Assembly (NCBI GenBank): GCA_039811685.1
Contig: JBDHZC010000001.1
Coordinates: 288,001 to 352,000, forward strand
Direction of reading: 5' to 3'
Length of the DNA stretch: 64,000 nt
From: Armatimonadota bacterium
GTDB taxonomy: Bacteria; Armatimonadota; UBA5829; DSUL01
Positions 54,804-64,000 of the stretch are shown one piece after another. Positions within the stretch are counted from its first letter, which is position 1. Every line of letters starts with the position of its first letter. Position numbers and translations under genes: made by a program. The notes under the pieces are model-generated. The model was not told where the DNA came from and did not search any database. It saw only the letters and a program-made list of their open reading frames with translations.

Positions 54804-57266
54804 TCAAGGGGCGCATGGGGTGTAGCTTATCTTTGAGACATCAATACTGCCGCTGCAGACATCCAGAAAAGGCTTGCCTCCGCGAATGCCGGCATTTCCG
54901 TAGCCGGTGGCCGTTGACAGGAAGCTGACAAAGTCGCCGGGAATGGACGGGGCTATGACCAACTCACGATCCACCGCATCATAGCGGATACCCGTCAGAC
55001 CCTGCAGCAGTCCGTAGCTCGACATAGCCCTGGCGTACCAATGCCCGCACTCGTACTCGTCGAACGGATTACGAAAGCGTCCATCATAGCGGTCTCTGGC
55101 CGTGCGGACAATCTGCAGACCCTCTTCTACAAGGCCGTACATCATCAAGTGCGAGGCGACCTGATACTCAATGCCGGTCCAGACTTCGTTTCCGTAGGGG
55201 AAAGGCAAAGTGAGAGGCTCGTCTTTCGGCCAACTGCAAAGTAGCAATCCACCCTCCTGCGCAAAGGCATAGGTAGGGCGCTGGGGGTTGGCGTGCGTCG
55301 AGAGATCTTTGCGATAGTTGTACCGATGCACGCTTTGGAGATGACTGCGCAGCTTCTGCGCGTCCAGAAAGTCGCCAAGACCACTCACGCGCGCCATCCA
55401 CGCACCGAGGACTCCATCAGAAAGACATCCGCGCCCATACTGATATTTGGGACCCTCGGTCTGGAGAAGCTCCAGGGCTTCCGGAGAATAGCCTTCACCA
55501 CCGGTCGGAGCAGGCGCCCTCAGATTTTCCCACTGGATCTTCTGAAAGAAATACTCACCGTCGAAGAGCTCACTCTCCATTCGGTGAACCCCGCGCTTCA
55601 ACAGAGTCTCATAGTGCCCGGTCTCTTCACCCAGCGCTTTACCCATCTCCAACGCGGCTCTCAAAGCGCCCAGATAGAAGCTGGTACACATCCCATCCGG
55701 ACCCCAGAATTCTATGTCATAGGTGTTGTGGTGCGGCTCTTCGAGGGTACCTGTTTCGCGTGGGTCCCACGTTGCAATGCAGTAGTCCAGGCTGTCCTTT
55801 ACTCTTGGCCAAATGCCTTTCATCCATTCTGTATCACCAGATGTTCGCCAGTCGCGATACACTTTGATGACTCCTCCGAGCTGTCCATCTGCGGCAGCGT
55901 GAAAGTCATGCGCTGCCGGCCGGACAGGCAGGGAGGATCGGAAGTTTTGATGCCCATACTCGTCTTGAGACTCGTGAAACTCCGTTTGCCGGAGCGAGCG
56001 CTCGGCGGAAGGGAAAAGGTGTGGCATTGCCTGTGCGTAATTCCAGACGTGAGTGCAACTTCCCGAGCAGCAGCCAGCGCTGTCGCAACACCCTTCCCAC
56101 GCCCAGATTCGCCCATCAGTCTGACGCAGCACTGTCGGAGATTTCAAAATCGCCAGGTTTGAGGCAATAGCTTCGGTAACTTCAGGTGGTAGAGTGCTGC
56201 GGAAGAAGCAGTCTGCAAACTGCGACGACTTTTCGCGAAGTTCGCGCCAGCGCTCGCGCCAGTCTGAAGCGACTGCGTCAATCGAGTCATATCGCGCGGC
56301 ATACCAGGGGCGATAGTACTCCTTTGTGGGTAATCCGGAAGAACAACAAGAGCTGCCCTCGCCGCAGCCAGAGTTATCAACGTCCTGTCCGTGGCGCTCG
56401 GTGGAACAGGGGATATACCAGCTAAACAGAAGACGAACGACCTGCTCTTTGCCCGGATCAATCTCCAACGGCGCATAGAGACTTGCGCCCGGGCTGGGCT
56501 CTGCGTCCGTTATCGGCCCCGCATCCACAATCGCCGCCTGTTGCACAGCCTTCCACGCCGTAGTCAGTGGGTCAAACCAGCCCCCGCGAAACCAGGCGGT
56601 GTTAACGTGAACCGTATCCAAGCCCTGTAGCTCCGCGTGGAAGTGCGCTTCATCCTCCGGATGCTCCTCAGAGCCAGGCTGAACAAGGGTAAACCCTCTC
56701 TCCCAGTGCTTTACAGACGCCCCCGGCGTGCGCAGTCGCGTGAGGAAATTAGCCGTGTTGAAAGAGAGCACTCCGCTTACGTGTTCTCCGCTGATATTGC
56801 TGACTCGATACTCCAGACAGGCCACAGGCAGGCTACTATCGTCAATATCTGGCGGCGTAAACGGGCTCCATCCGGTGATCTCAACAGCGACTGGGAGAGC
56901 CGGATCGCTGAGACTGACCATTCCAAATGGGAACCGTGCTCTGAACTCGGCGGCGCCAAATCGCGGAAGGCCCCACGTCTGGCCAGTACCGCCGTTAGCG
57001 GCGCCCGGTAGACCATAAGCTTTCCACATGGGCACAGGTCCTTCGACAACCCGGGCCAGATCAGGTCGGCCAGCAATTGCCAGCCCGGCAAACATCCGTG
57101 GTTCGTTGTAGACTTCCGGGGAATGCCGCAGCGAAAAATGCGAAAGGGCGCCTGTGCCTTCCAGGCAACACATGCCAGCTCCGGTCCCGCCGAGGGGAAA
57201 AGCGACACGGCTGAGGTGCTCAGCGCGATAGACGTCGTTGAAAGGTCTTGCAGCAGGCGCAGACAT
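54804..57266 (-). CDS. GH116-family glycoside hydrolase (no signal peptide)
   Basis: FPLGGTGAG, GSCTHVWNY, AADGQLG, HHNTYDIEF, EVWTGIEY and NPFDEYECGHWYARAMS. Confidence 0.88.
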   Translation of the reverse strand: MSAPAARPFNDVYRAEHLSRVAFPLGGTGAGMCCLEGTGALSHFSLRHSPEVYNEPRMFAGLAIAGRPDLARVVEGPVPMWKAYGLPGAANGGTGQTWGLPRFGAAEFRARFPFGMVSLSDPALPVAVEITGWSPFTPPDIDDSSLPVACLEYRVSNISGEHVSGVLSFNTANFLTRLRTPGASVKHWERGFTLVQPGSEEHPEDEAHFHAELQGLDTVHVNTAWFRGGWFDPLTTAWKAVQQAAIVDAGPITDAEPSPGASLYAPLEIDPGKEQVVRLLFSWYIPCSTERHGQDVDNSGCGEGSSCCSSGLPTKEYYRPWYAARYDSIDAVASDWRERWRELREKSSQFADCFFRSTLPPEVTEAIASNLAILKSPTVLRQTDGRIWAWEGCCDSAGCCSGSCTHVWNYAQAMPHLFPSAERSLRQTEFHESQDEYGHQNFRSSLPVRPAAHDFHAAADGQLGGVIKVYRDWRTSGDTEWMKGIWPRVKDSLDYCIATWDPRETGTLEEPHHNTYDIEFWGPDGMCTSFYLGALRAALEMGKALGEETGHYETLLKRGVHRMESELFDGEYFFQKIQWENLRAPAPTGGEGYSPEALELLQTEGPKYQYGRGCLSDGVLGAWMARVSGLGDFLDAQKLRSHLQSVHRYNYRKDLSTHANPQRPTYAFAQEGGLLLCSWPKDEPLTLPFPYGNEVWTGIEYQVASHLMMYGLVEEGLQIVRTARDRYDGRFRNPFDEYECGHWYARAMSSYGLLQGLTGIRYDAVDRELVIAPSIPGDFVSFLSTATGYGNAGIRGGKPFLDVCSGSIDVSKISYTPCAP

Positions 57267-57334
57267 GGTGGTTTCTGACTCTCCGCGAGTATGTTATATG
57301 GCCGACGCACCGAGCCGGCACGCAGCCGTGGCAG

Positions 57335-57363
57335 AGTCTATCGCCGCTGCTTGCGAGCGTCAA
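57335..57363 (-). promoter_or_regulatory. Sigma70-type promoter
   Basis: Minus strand TTGACG-N17-TAGACT upstream of ATG 57266. Confidence 0.5.
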
Positions 57364-57389
57364 GTCTGTGTCCCGTCGATCTCTTGAGT

Positions 57390-59180
57390 CTACGGCCCGG
57401 CGACCATATCCGCGTTATCCGCAACCCATAACGCGGGGACGTTTGAGCCGGAAATCGTGAGGCTGCCACGAGGGCCGGTCACGGAGACATACGAACCTGC
57501 TTCGGGTTGTGAGATGCCTGATGCGAGTATGATACGAAGTCCCTTGTCGCCGGATACATCGCTTAACAGGCTTCCATCGTCAATCCGGATTGTGTTGCTC
57601 CCGTCGGAGGCTACAACCCGACCCCAGACTCTGAGCAATAGCCCCTGTGCCAAATCCGCAGCAGCGCTCTGGTTGGTCGCGTCTAACCTTGCGATTGGCG
57701 CGCCCGATCCCGCGACGGCGTCGGCTGCTGACGATATGACCAGCTCTCCGTTATGCAAGTTGACGGTCCCAGACACGTTGACAAGAGTCCCGGCTGTATA
57801 GTTGCGGGATAGCATTACGGCAATACCCGCAGAGCGGTCTGTCTCCTCTATGTAGTAGCGATCACTCAGGGCACGCGTGACAGTCTTTCCTGCCAGGTTG
57901 ACAGCAGTGCCGGCTCCGAAGCGTCTCGCCGCCCCGACTGTCATGACCTGCGGCAAGATGCGTAGAACGCGTCCTTTGGTGTCAGAAGGTCTGGTATTTG
58001 GCGCGACTGCCACGTAAAGCTCACCATCTGCCCCCTCCCCAAATCCTTTGATGTACACTGGCCGCTGCGCTTGTGCGCCGGGGCCGTACTGAAACTCGTA
58101 GATTTGCACCGGAGACGGTTCAGAAGGACCAAGATAGAAAAAACGATTGGCCAAATCGCCAAAAATATAGCGGCCACGCAGAGCTGGATTGGCCTGACCG
58201 CGATATACAAAGCCACCAGTAATGGAGATGCCGTCATCATGCGTGTACTCTGCAATGGGGTCCGCAAAACTTACTCCCTGAGTAATCAAAGAATTGTAGA
58301 GGGAAGCATCGTAAACGTGAAATCCTTCCCTTGCTCTCCAACCGAGATTGTCCCCGCTGTGAGCAATGTTGATCTCTTCATAGTTCTCCTGGCCGACATC
58401 TGGCAGTAAGAGAGCTCCTGTCAGCCTGTCAAATGAAAACCGCCACGGATTGCGCAGGCCAAGGCAGAATGTCTCGGGTCTCGCTGAGCTGTCCGCTACA
58501 AACGGATTGTCATCCGGGATAGCGTACTCGAGATTATCCTGCGTCCTGTCCACATCAATGCGCAGCAGCTTTCCCAGAAACTTGGTCTTGTCCTGTCCAT
58601 TGCCGGTTACGTCCGTGTGGCCGAATCCAACGTCGCCGCCGTTTCCGCCATCACCAGAAGAGATGTACAGATAGCCGTCTGGTCCGAAGTGCAGATCCCC
58701 GCCATTATGGTTCATCTGGGGTTCATCATAACTCAGGAGCACTCGCTCCGAAGAAAGATCAGCTACATCCGGATTTCCAGAAACGGTGAACTCCGAGATG
58801 ACACTCCTGTGATCGTATCCGGGAGAAGTCGCAGGAGCGCTGTAGTACACATAGAACTTCCCAGTAGTCTTGTAGTTTGGGTGAAAGGCCAGACCCAACA
58901 GACCTCTTTCATCATAGTTGGGACTGATTGCAGTAAGCTTTGATGCGATGTCCAGAAATGGCGTCGCCAAAATCGACCCGTGGCGGTAAATCTTGATTTT
59001 TCCGGTCTGCTCGGCGATAAAGAGGCGCTCATCACCAGCGTTTGTGACTGTCAAAGGAGACTGCAGGCCGGAGGCCAATGTTTGCAACTCAAGTGTGAGA
59101 TTGCCCTGTTGAACCGCCGCCTGAAGTGCGACCTGACTCATCAGAAAGACGGCCGTAACAACTACTCCACGCAAGCGCAT
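57390..59180 (-). CDS. PQQ-dependent glucose/sorbosone dehydrogenase-family protein with shared C-terminal module
   Basis: ERGLLGLAFHP, NHNGG..FGPDGYLYIS.GDGG, GLRNPWRFSFD and DVGQ..EEIN. GGAGGAG RBS precedes ATG 59180. Confidence 0.88.
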   Translation of the reverse strand: MRLRGVVVTAVFLMSQVALQAAVQQGNLTLELQTLASGLQSPLTVTNAGDERLFIAEQTGKIKIYRHGSILATPFLDIASKLTAISPNYDERGLLGLAFHPNYKTTGKFYVYYSAPATSPGYDHRSVISEFTVSGNPDVADLSSERVLLSYDEPQMNHNGGDLHFGPDGYLYISSGDGGNGGDVGFGHTDVTGNGQDKTKFLGKLLRIDVDRTQDNLEYAIPDDNPFVADSSARPETFCLGLRNPWRFSFDRLTGALLLPDVGQENYEEINIAHSGDNLGWRAREGFHVYDASLYNSLITQGVSFADPIAEYTHDDGISITGGFVYRGQANPALRGRYIFGDLANRFFYLGPSEPSPVQIYEFQYGPGAQAQRPVYIKGFGEGADGELYVAVAPNTRPSDTKGRVLRILPQVMTVGAARRFGAGTAVNLAGKTVTRALSDRYYIEETDRSAGIAVMLSRNYTAGTLVNVSGTVNLHNGELVISSAADAVAGSGAPIARLDATNQSAAADLAQGLLLRVWGRVVASDGSNTIRIDDGSLLSDVSGDKGLRIILASGISQPEAGSYVSVTGPRGSLTISGSNVPALWVADNADMVAGP

Positions 59181-59350
59181 ACCACTCCTCCTTCTCTCGA
59201 CGCAGTGAACGCTCGCCAGTCTCTGTTGCCTGCGCCGCTCTCCGCTCTTCATTTTATCAGCGAGGCGGTGGATAGTCGAGACTCGTCCACGCGCTGCCAG
59301 ACTTACAGGACGAATGTTCACCCTTATGGAAGCTTTTCTGCACAAAAGAT

Positions 59351-59379
59351 TTGACACACAACAAGCCGATACCTATAAT
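59351..59379 (+). promoter_or_regulatory. Perfect consensus sigma70 promoter
   Basis: TTGACA (59351-56), 17-nt spacer, TATAAT (59374-79). Confidence 0.8.
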
Positions 59380-59433
59380 ACCGACACTTAAGCCGCCTGC
59401 TCAAGGCGGCGCGCGCACTTGGAGAAAACTACT

Positions 59434-60132
59434 ATGCCCTTTCGCTCTAGCCTGAAAAAGGCTTTTGCTGTAGTTGGAGTGACAGCGCTCGCAGCGCCAG
59501 CCTTCTCCTACAGCATTGTCAATGTGCCAACAGCTAACCAGGCTGCCCTGCACGAGTTCAACATAGCGTACTACAATATGTCGGTGCGCAAGCTCCCCGT
59601 TACGCACAAGGATATCTACATCGGGTACTCAACAGTGGCGCCCAATCTGGAGCTGGAGTGGATCCACGTTGACATCAACAAAGGCGCTCCCTCTCAGGAC
59701 ATTGTCAACGCGACCTACAAAATACTTGCAGAGACACCCAAGCTCCCAGATGTGGTTCTGGGCGTCAAGAACATCTTCAGCGATGACAATTCACCCGATC
59801 CAGATGAGCAGAAGGCGTCTTACTATATCGCCACAGCCAAGACACTCAATCCACCAAAGCCCGGACAGCCGTGGCATCCTGTCGTGCGCCTGCATGTCAA
59901 CTATGGCACGCGGGAGCATCGCGGTCTCTTTGGCGGCCTCCAGATCGCTATTACACCACGTCTGGGAGTCGCAGCGATGAAGTTCACGAATTCCCACTAC
60001 GTAGATACGTTTTTCGGGAATTCTTCTGAGCTGGCGGCGGTGTATTCTCTCGGCAAGAATGCCCCCAATATCAAAGCAGGGACTCTTGGACACCATCGCT
60101 GGGTCGGCATCGACTACAGCCTTCATTACTGA
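59434..60132 (+). CDS. Secreted hypothetical protein, possible beta-barrel outer-membrane protein
   Basis: Signal peptide, amphipathic beta-strand patterns and C-terminal WVGIDYSLHY. GGAG RBS. Confidence 0.6.
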   Translation: MPFRSSLKKAFAVVGVTALAAPAFSYSIVNVPTANQAALHEFNIAYYNMSVRKLPVTHKDIYIGYSTVAPNLELEWIHVDINKGAPSQDIVNATYKILAETPKLPDVVLGVKNIFSDDNSPDPDEQKASYYIATAKTLNPPKPGQPWHPVVRLHVNYGTREHRGLFGGLQIAITPRLGVAAMKFTNSHYVDTFFGNSSELAAVYSLGKNAPNIKAGTLGHHRWVGIDYSLHY

Positions 60133-60296
60133 GAGATTCGCTGAAGTCACTTCTGCGACGGACTTTGTTTGAGCCAGAGTCTTTTGTTTCAGGCGCGAGA
60201 GCTTTGCTCCCGCGCTTTTCTTTTGTCCGGTTGCAACGGCGACATCCAGAGGCGAATAATAGGGTGAGACACTGATTCAAAGGAAGGAGTCTGTGC

Positions 60297-60866
60297 GTGA
60301 CATCGACGGTTCAACGCTGCGGCTGGGCGAAATCAGAGTTGCTGCAGACATATCACGATACGGTCTGGGGAGTACCGGCGCACGATGACCGGCTTCTGTA
60401 TGAAATGCTTATTCTGGACGGCGCCCAGGCCGGACTGAGCTGGGAGATCATCCTCAAGAAGCGAGACGGATACTACCGTGCGTTTGCCGGTTTTGATCCG
60501 CAGCAGGTCGCGCTCTTTGACGGGCACAAAATCGCGCAGCTGATACGCGATCCTTCAATTGTACGCAACCGTCTGAAGATTCAGTCCGCTGTGGTGAACG
60601 CGCGCTGCTTTCTGAGTATTCAGGAGGAGTTCGGATCGTTTGACAACTATCTCTGGGCGTGGGTAGGGCGCCGTCCAGTGGTTAACAACTGGAAATCTCT
60701 GGCTGATGTTCCCGCCAGGACTGAGCTGTCTGACGCGCTCAGTAAAGACCTGAGCAGGCGCGGCTTTACTTTCGTGGGATCAACGATCTGCTACGCTTTT
60801 CTCCAATCTGCAGGACTCGTCAACGACCATCTCGTTTCGTGCTTTCGTCACTTACAGCTCACCTGA
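60297..60866 (+). CDS. tag: DNA-3-methyladenine glycosylase I
   Basis: RCGWA, YHDTVWG, QAGLSW, IVRNRLKI, FVGSTICYAF and NDHLVSC. Confidence 0.95.
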   Translation: MTSTVQRCGWAKSELLQTYHDTVWGVPAHDDRLLYEMLILDGAQAGLSWEIILKKRDGYYRAFAGFDPQQVALFDGHKIAQLIRDPSIVRNRLKIQSAVVNARCFLSIQEEFGSFDNYLWAWVGRRPVVNNWKSLADVPARTELSDALSKDLSRRGFTFVGSTICYAFLQSAGLVNDHLVSCFRHLQLT

Positions 60867-61178
60867 AGCAATTACTGGAACTTCCATCAGAGCGCAGCGC
60901 AAACTGCGACGTGTGCGATAGAATGGATATGATTTTCACTCCTTCGCACCTGTCAGCGAAGAACTAACTAACGGCCAGTGAACAGGTCGAACTGGAGAAA
61001 AAGGGATGAGATCGCCCCAGTCCCGGAACCGTCGGGTATGCGAACACTGCTGCTGGGTATCCTGGGCGGCAGCAGACTACGCCTGCGCAGGTTCAGGCGA
61101 GTCTAAACTCCACGTGCGGTTCTCTCTCCTTCTGGCAACGCAGAAGAGCCTGAGAGTTTCGCCCTCAATCTTCGATTT

Positions 61179-62060
61179 ATGCGCAATCTGAGTCGTGAAA
61201 GCTGCTACGAAATCCTGAGAATAAGGCCAGGAGCGGGCCCTCTCGAAGTGCAAAGGGCTTTTCGTCAGCGTGTACTCGAGTGTCACCCGGACCTGCAGAA
61301 AGACCCTGCAGTCGCCTCAGAGGCTGAGTTGAAGCGAGTCGTCCATGCCTACCGTCTCCTGACCAGCGGGCGCGCTCTCTCACGACACGACCTCCTCGAA
61401 GAAGCTTTCAAAGCCACGGCGGAATCTTCCGACGCATCCGAGCAATCGGCTAGTCCGACGCTGCCACGCCTTACTGTGTCCTCAACGCAGGCGGCTGCCT
61501 TGATGGTGGGCGTCGCGACTCTGAATGTATTTCTGTTTCTGATCCTCTACCACATTCTCTCATCTCCACCACCCGCAGGGTTTCCCGCTGTCTTTGAGTT
61601 GGCGCCAGATCAGATTGCGTGCGTGGTTGTGTTTCTGAGCGCACAGGTACCCGGAGCTGCAGCGGCGGCAGGAGAGAACGTCATCTTAGCCAACATGTTT
61701 CTCAGAAGCGCGCTGGGCGGAATTGTCTTCGGCACGATTTCTCTGTTCCTGGGTGTCTTTCCTATACTGTCACAGTCAGAACTGAGCTCCGGCGTTGAGG
61801 GCCTTTTGGCGACGTCACTAGGGTGCGTGCTGGCCGGGTTGTGCGGAGGCGCGCTGGGCGGAATGATCCTGTACACCATGCGTCGCTATGAGGTCGCAAT
61901 ACACCATCGTGGCGGCCAGAGCATCTTGCAGAACCGCATTACCGGAGCGGCCGTTGCCTGTGCCAACGTTGGCCTGGCCTGGATAGCCATTCTTATCACA
62001 GTGGCGCTGGTCCTCGGGATACCAGCAGGACTGTTGGCCTTTGTGCACGCTGTGTTTTAG
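61179..62060 (+). CDS. J-domain membrane protein
   Basis: YEILRI..VQRAFRQRVLECHPD..AYRLL followed by several TM helices. Confidence 0.75.
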   Translation: MRNLSRESCYEILRIRPGAGPLEVQRAFRQRVLECHPDLQKDPAVASEAELKRVVHAYRLLTSGRALSRHDLLEEAFKATAESSDASEQSASPTLPRLTVSSTQAAALMVGVATLNVFLFLILYHILSSPPPAGFPAVFELAPDQIACVVVFLSAQVPGAAAAAGENVILANMFLRSALGGIVFGTISLFLGVFPILSQSELSSGVEGLLATSLGCVLAGLCGGALGGMILYTMRRYEVAIHHRGGQSILQNRITGAAVACANVGLAWIAILITVALVLGIPAGLLAFVHAVF

Positions 62061-62186
62061 TCTATCAGTCCGCCGTACTCAATCAACTTCCGACGGACGA
62101 TTTTTCGTAGAAACTATGGCTTTTGTCGAGATTGGTGATAAAATGATGTAACCGATTTCGCCAGCTTACACAGGAGAAAGCTACAA

Positions 62187-62921
62187 GTGAGAACGAGGTT
62201 GTTGCAGTCAATTTCAGAGCCGCCACTTCGCCGCGCGCGAGTGTCGGCGTGTGCGGCAGGCTTTACGCTGATAGAGCTTCTCGTAGTCATTGCTATCATC
62301 GCCATTCTGGCCGCGATCCTCTTCCCGGTTTTCAGCAATGCTCGGGAGCGTGGGCGGCAGACCATGTGTCTGAGCAATATGAAGCAGTTGGGCTACTGCT
62401 TCCGCATGTACATGGATGACAACAAAGGCCGAATGCCCAACATTAACCACACGACTGAAACGCGCCTGCAGGACTGGGCGGGAGTGCCTCGCGTTTTTGA
62501 GAAACCCGTTTTTGAGATGGGCTCACTGTGGCCTTACGCGAAAGACCGGAAGCTGTACCAGTGCCCGACGGATAAGAACAAGCCGGCCGTCAGGTGCACC
62601 AACAAGCCGCGAGACTACGGACTGTCTTACTCAGTGAACGAAGCGCTTCAGATGGCGAACATAGACGCTGCCTTCAGCTACAACAGCCCGTCGCAGTGCC
62701 TGTTAATGGTGCATGAGTCGCGCGACACGATCAATGACGGGTATTACAACTGGACCTACGCAGGCTCCAACCGTGATACGGGTAGCGTCGTCCATTATGA
62801 TGGCACCACTATCTGCTACTGCGACATGCACGCCAAGAGAATCTCGTACACGGAGCTTGAAAAGGAGCGCACAACGCTGATTGCCCCTCCCGTGAACAAA
62901 CCGGCCTGGGCGTTGTTCTAA
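62187..62921 (+). CDS. Prepilin-type N-terminal cleavage/methylation domain protein (DUF1559 / H-X9-DG type)
   Basis: [46 protein letters not shown] and [15 protein letters not shown]. Confidence 0.9.
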   Translation: MRTRLLQSISEPPLRRARVSACAAGFTLIELLVVIAIIAILAAILFPVFSNARERGRQTMCLSNMKQLGYCFRMYMDDNKGRMPNINHTTETRLQDWAGVPRVFEKPVFEMGSLWPYAKDRKLYQCPTDKNKPAVRCTNKPRDYGLSYSVNEALQMANIDAAFSYNSPSQCLLMVHESRDTINDGYYNWTYAGSNRDTGSVVHYDGTTICYCDMHAKRISYTELEKERTTLIAPPVNKPAWALF

Positions 62922-62943
62922 CAAAATCAGTATCCATCTCACT

Positions 62944-62976
62944 GAGGATCTCGCGCTTGGCTCAAGCGAGGTCCTC
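62944..62976. terminator. Hairpin between convergent genes
   Basis: GAGGATCTC..GCTTG / CAAGC.GAGGTCCTC. Confidence 0.5.
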
Positions 62977-62977
62977 G

Positions 62978-63340
62978 CTATTTTATCAGCAGTAATTCGA
63001 CCTCGAAGTGTAGAGTCGAGTTGGCAGGGATGGGTCCAATCGCGCGAGCGCCGTACCCCAGCTCCGCGGGAATCTCGAGTTCACGTATGCCGCCGACCTG
63101 CATACCGGCCACACCCTCTTCCCATCCTCGGATCACGCGTCCAGCGCCTATGGTGAAACTGAAGGGTCCGCGACCCGCCTGCCGCGAAGTGTCAAAGGTG
63201 GTTCCATCGTCCAACCAGCCGCGATAGTGAACGTCTACGGTATCTCCTGCCTTTGCGGTCTGGCCTTCGCCCTCCCGTTTGTCTTCATACTTCAAACCTG
63301 AGTCTGTCGTGTGCATTCCGATGTCAATCCTCTCTTTCAA
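62978..63340 (-). CDS. FKBP-type peptidyl-prolyl cis-trans isomerase
   Basis: TDSGLKY, VHYRGWL..FDTS, VIRGWEEG and IPAELGYG..IPANSTLHFEVELL. Confidence 0.95.
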   Translation of the reverse strand: MKERIDIGMHTTDSGLKYEDKREGEGQTAKAGDTVDVHYRGWLDDGTTFDTSRQAGRGPFSFTIGAGRVIRGWEEGVAGMQVGGIRELEIPAELGYGARAIGPIPANSTLHFEVELLLIK

Positions 63341-63499
63341 GCGCCCATTCTAGCCAGTCTGAACCGGTATCACCAGCAGAAGGGCAGGGGAGTGCTCTGG
63401 CGGAAACTCCTCCAACACCGGCATAATGACAGTAAGCTCAACGGCCCTCAGGGCAACCGTGCACCCACTGTCGTCGAGACATAGAAATCTACACTACTT

Positions 63500-64000
63500 A
63501 TGACAGATCGCAAAGCTTTCAACCGCCGCGACTTCAACGAACTAGCCCCTACCTGGGATGACAATCCGCACCGCTTAACTCTGGCAAAAGCTATTGTTGA
63601 AGCGATATCTGGTGCGGTGCCTCTGACTTCGGAAATGACAGTTCTTGATTACGGAGCAGGCACCGGCCTCGTGGCCCTTGGCCTGAGTGAAAGAGTCCGG
63701 GAGATTACGGCTGTTGACGCTTCAGAAGGGATGCTGGAGGTCCTAAGGGGCAAGCTGGAGAGGACAGGCATTTCCAACATCACTCTGCGGCAGTTGGATA
63801 TGGAGCAGGGGGAAGTCCTCAACAGCACGTTTGATCTAGTTGTCTGCAGCATGACGCTACACCATATTCCAGACGCAGCGGGTATGATCTGCCGCTTCTC
63901 AGATATGCTCAGATCAGGGGGCTGGTTGTGCGTTGCTGATCTGGACCCGGATGGCGGAGAGTTTCATTCAGACAACACAGGCGTTGCCCACTTTGGCTTC
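63500..64000 (+). CDS. Class I SAM-dependent methyltransferase (3'-truncated; absent from ORF track)
   Basis: ATG 63500 reads MTDRKAFNRRDFNELAPTWD..VLDYGAGTGL..AVDASEGML..FDLVVCSMTLHH..LRSGG. Confidence 0.88.
   Translation, partial: MTDRKAFNRRDFNELAPTWDDNPHRLTLAKAIVEAISGAVPLTSEMTVLDYGAGTGLVALGLSERVREITAVDASEGMLEVLRGKLERTGISNITLRQLDMEQGEVLNSTFDLVVCSMTLHHIPDAAGMICRFSDMLRSGGWLCVADLDPDGGEFHSDNTGVAHFGF

Noticed and set aside
63385..63480. ZTP or other riboswitch upstream of the methyltransferase (CTGGCGGAAA; stem GACAGT/ACTGTC)
   Set aside because: It lacks the remaining ZTP elements (e.g. the 3' GCCTGGG pseudoknot hairpin), and I recognise no other riboswitch consensus.

Overview
This is a gene-dense bacterial chromosomal window of about 47 CDS. 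I recognised no rRNA, tRNA, CRISPR array or transposase. The gene content suggests an Armatimonadota-like, carbohydrate-degrading organism (inference): a prepilin/H-X9-DG-type protein, a PEP-CTERM protein, many glycoside hydrolases (GH38, GH116 x2, GH127, GH172, GH-A-like) and a shared C-terminal module on secreted proteins. Main observations: (1) a four-gene heme-copper operon (CuA subunit II, subunit I, SCO/SenC, membrane protein) whose subunit I has Asn where oxygen reductases have the cross-linked Tyr, so it is probably an sNOR-type nitric oxide reductase rather than a cytochrome oxidase; (2) three unrelated secreted proteins end in the same ~190-210 aa tandem OB-fold-like module, a candidate surface-sorting or anchoring system; (3) a recurrent AGGA-N17/18-GAAN promoter motif (SigH-like) precedes about nine genes, three times as back-to-back divergent pairs; (4) beta-helix repeats have a nucleotide-conserved framework and hypervariable NNY codons; (5) a ThuA-ApbE-Tat Gfo/Idh/MocA-DUF6807 operon has a signal-less ApbE; (6) a 4-PDZ HtrA is paired with a pseudoprotease; (7) a BglII/BstYI-family restriction-modification pair is present. 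All family assignments come from recognising motifs by eye, not from database searches.
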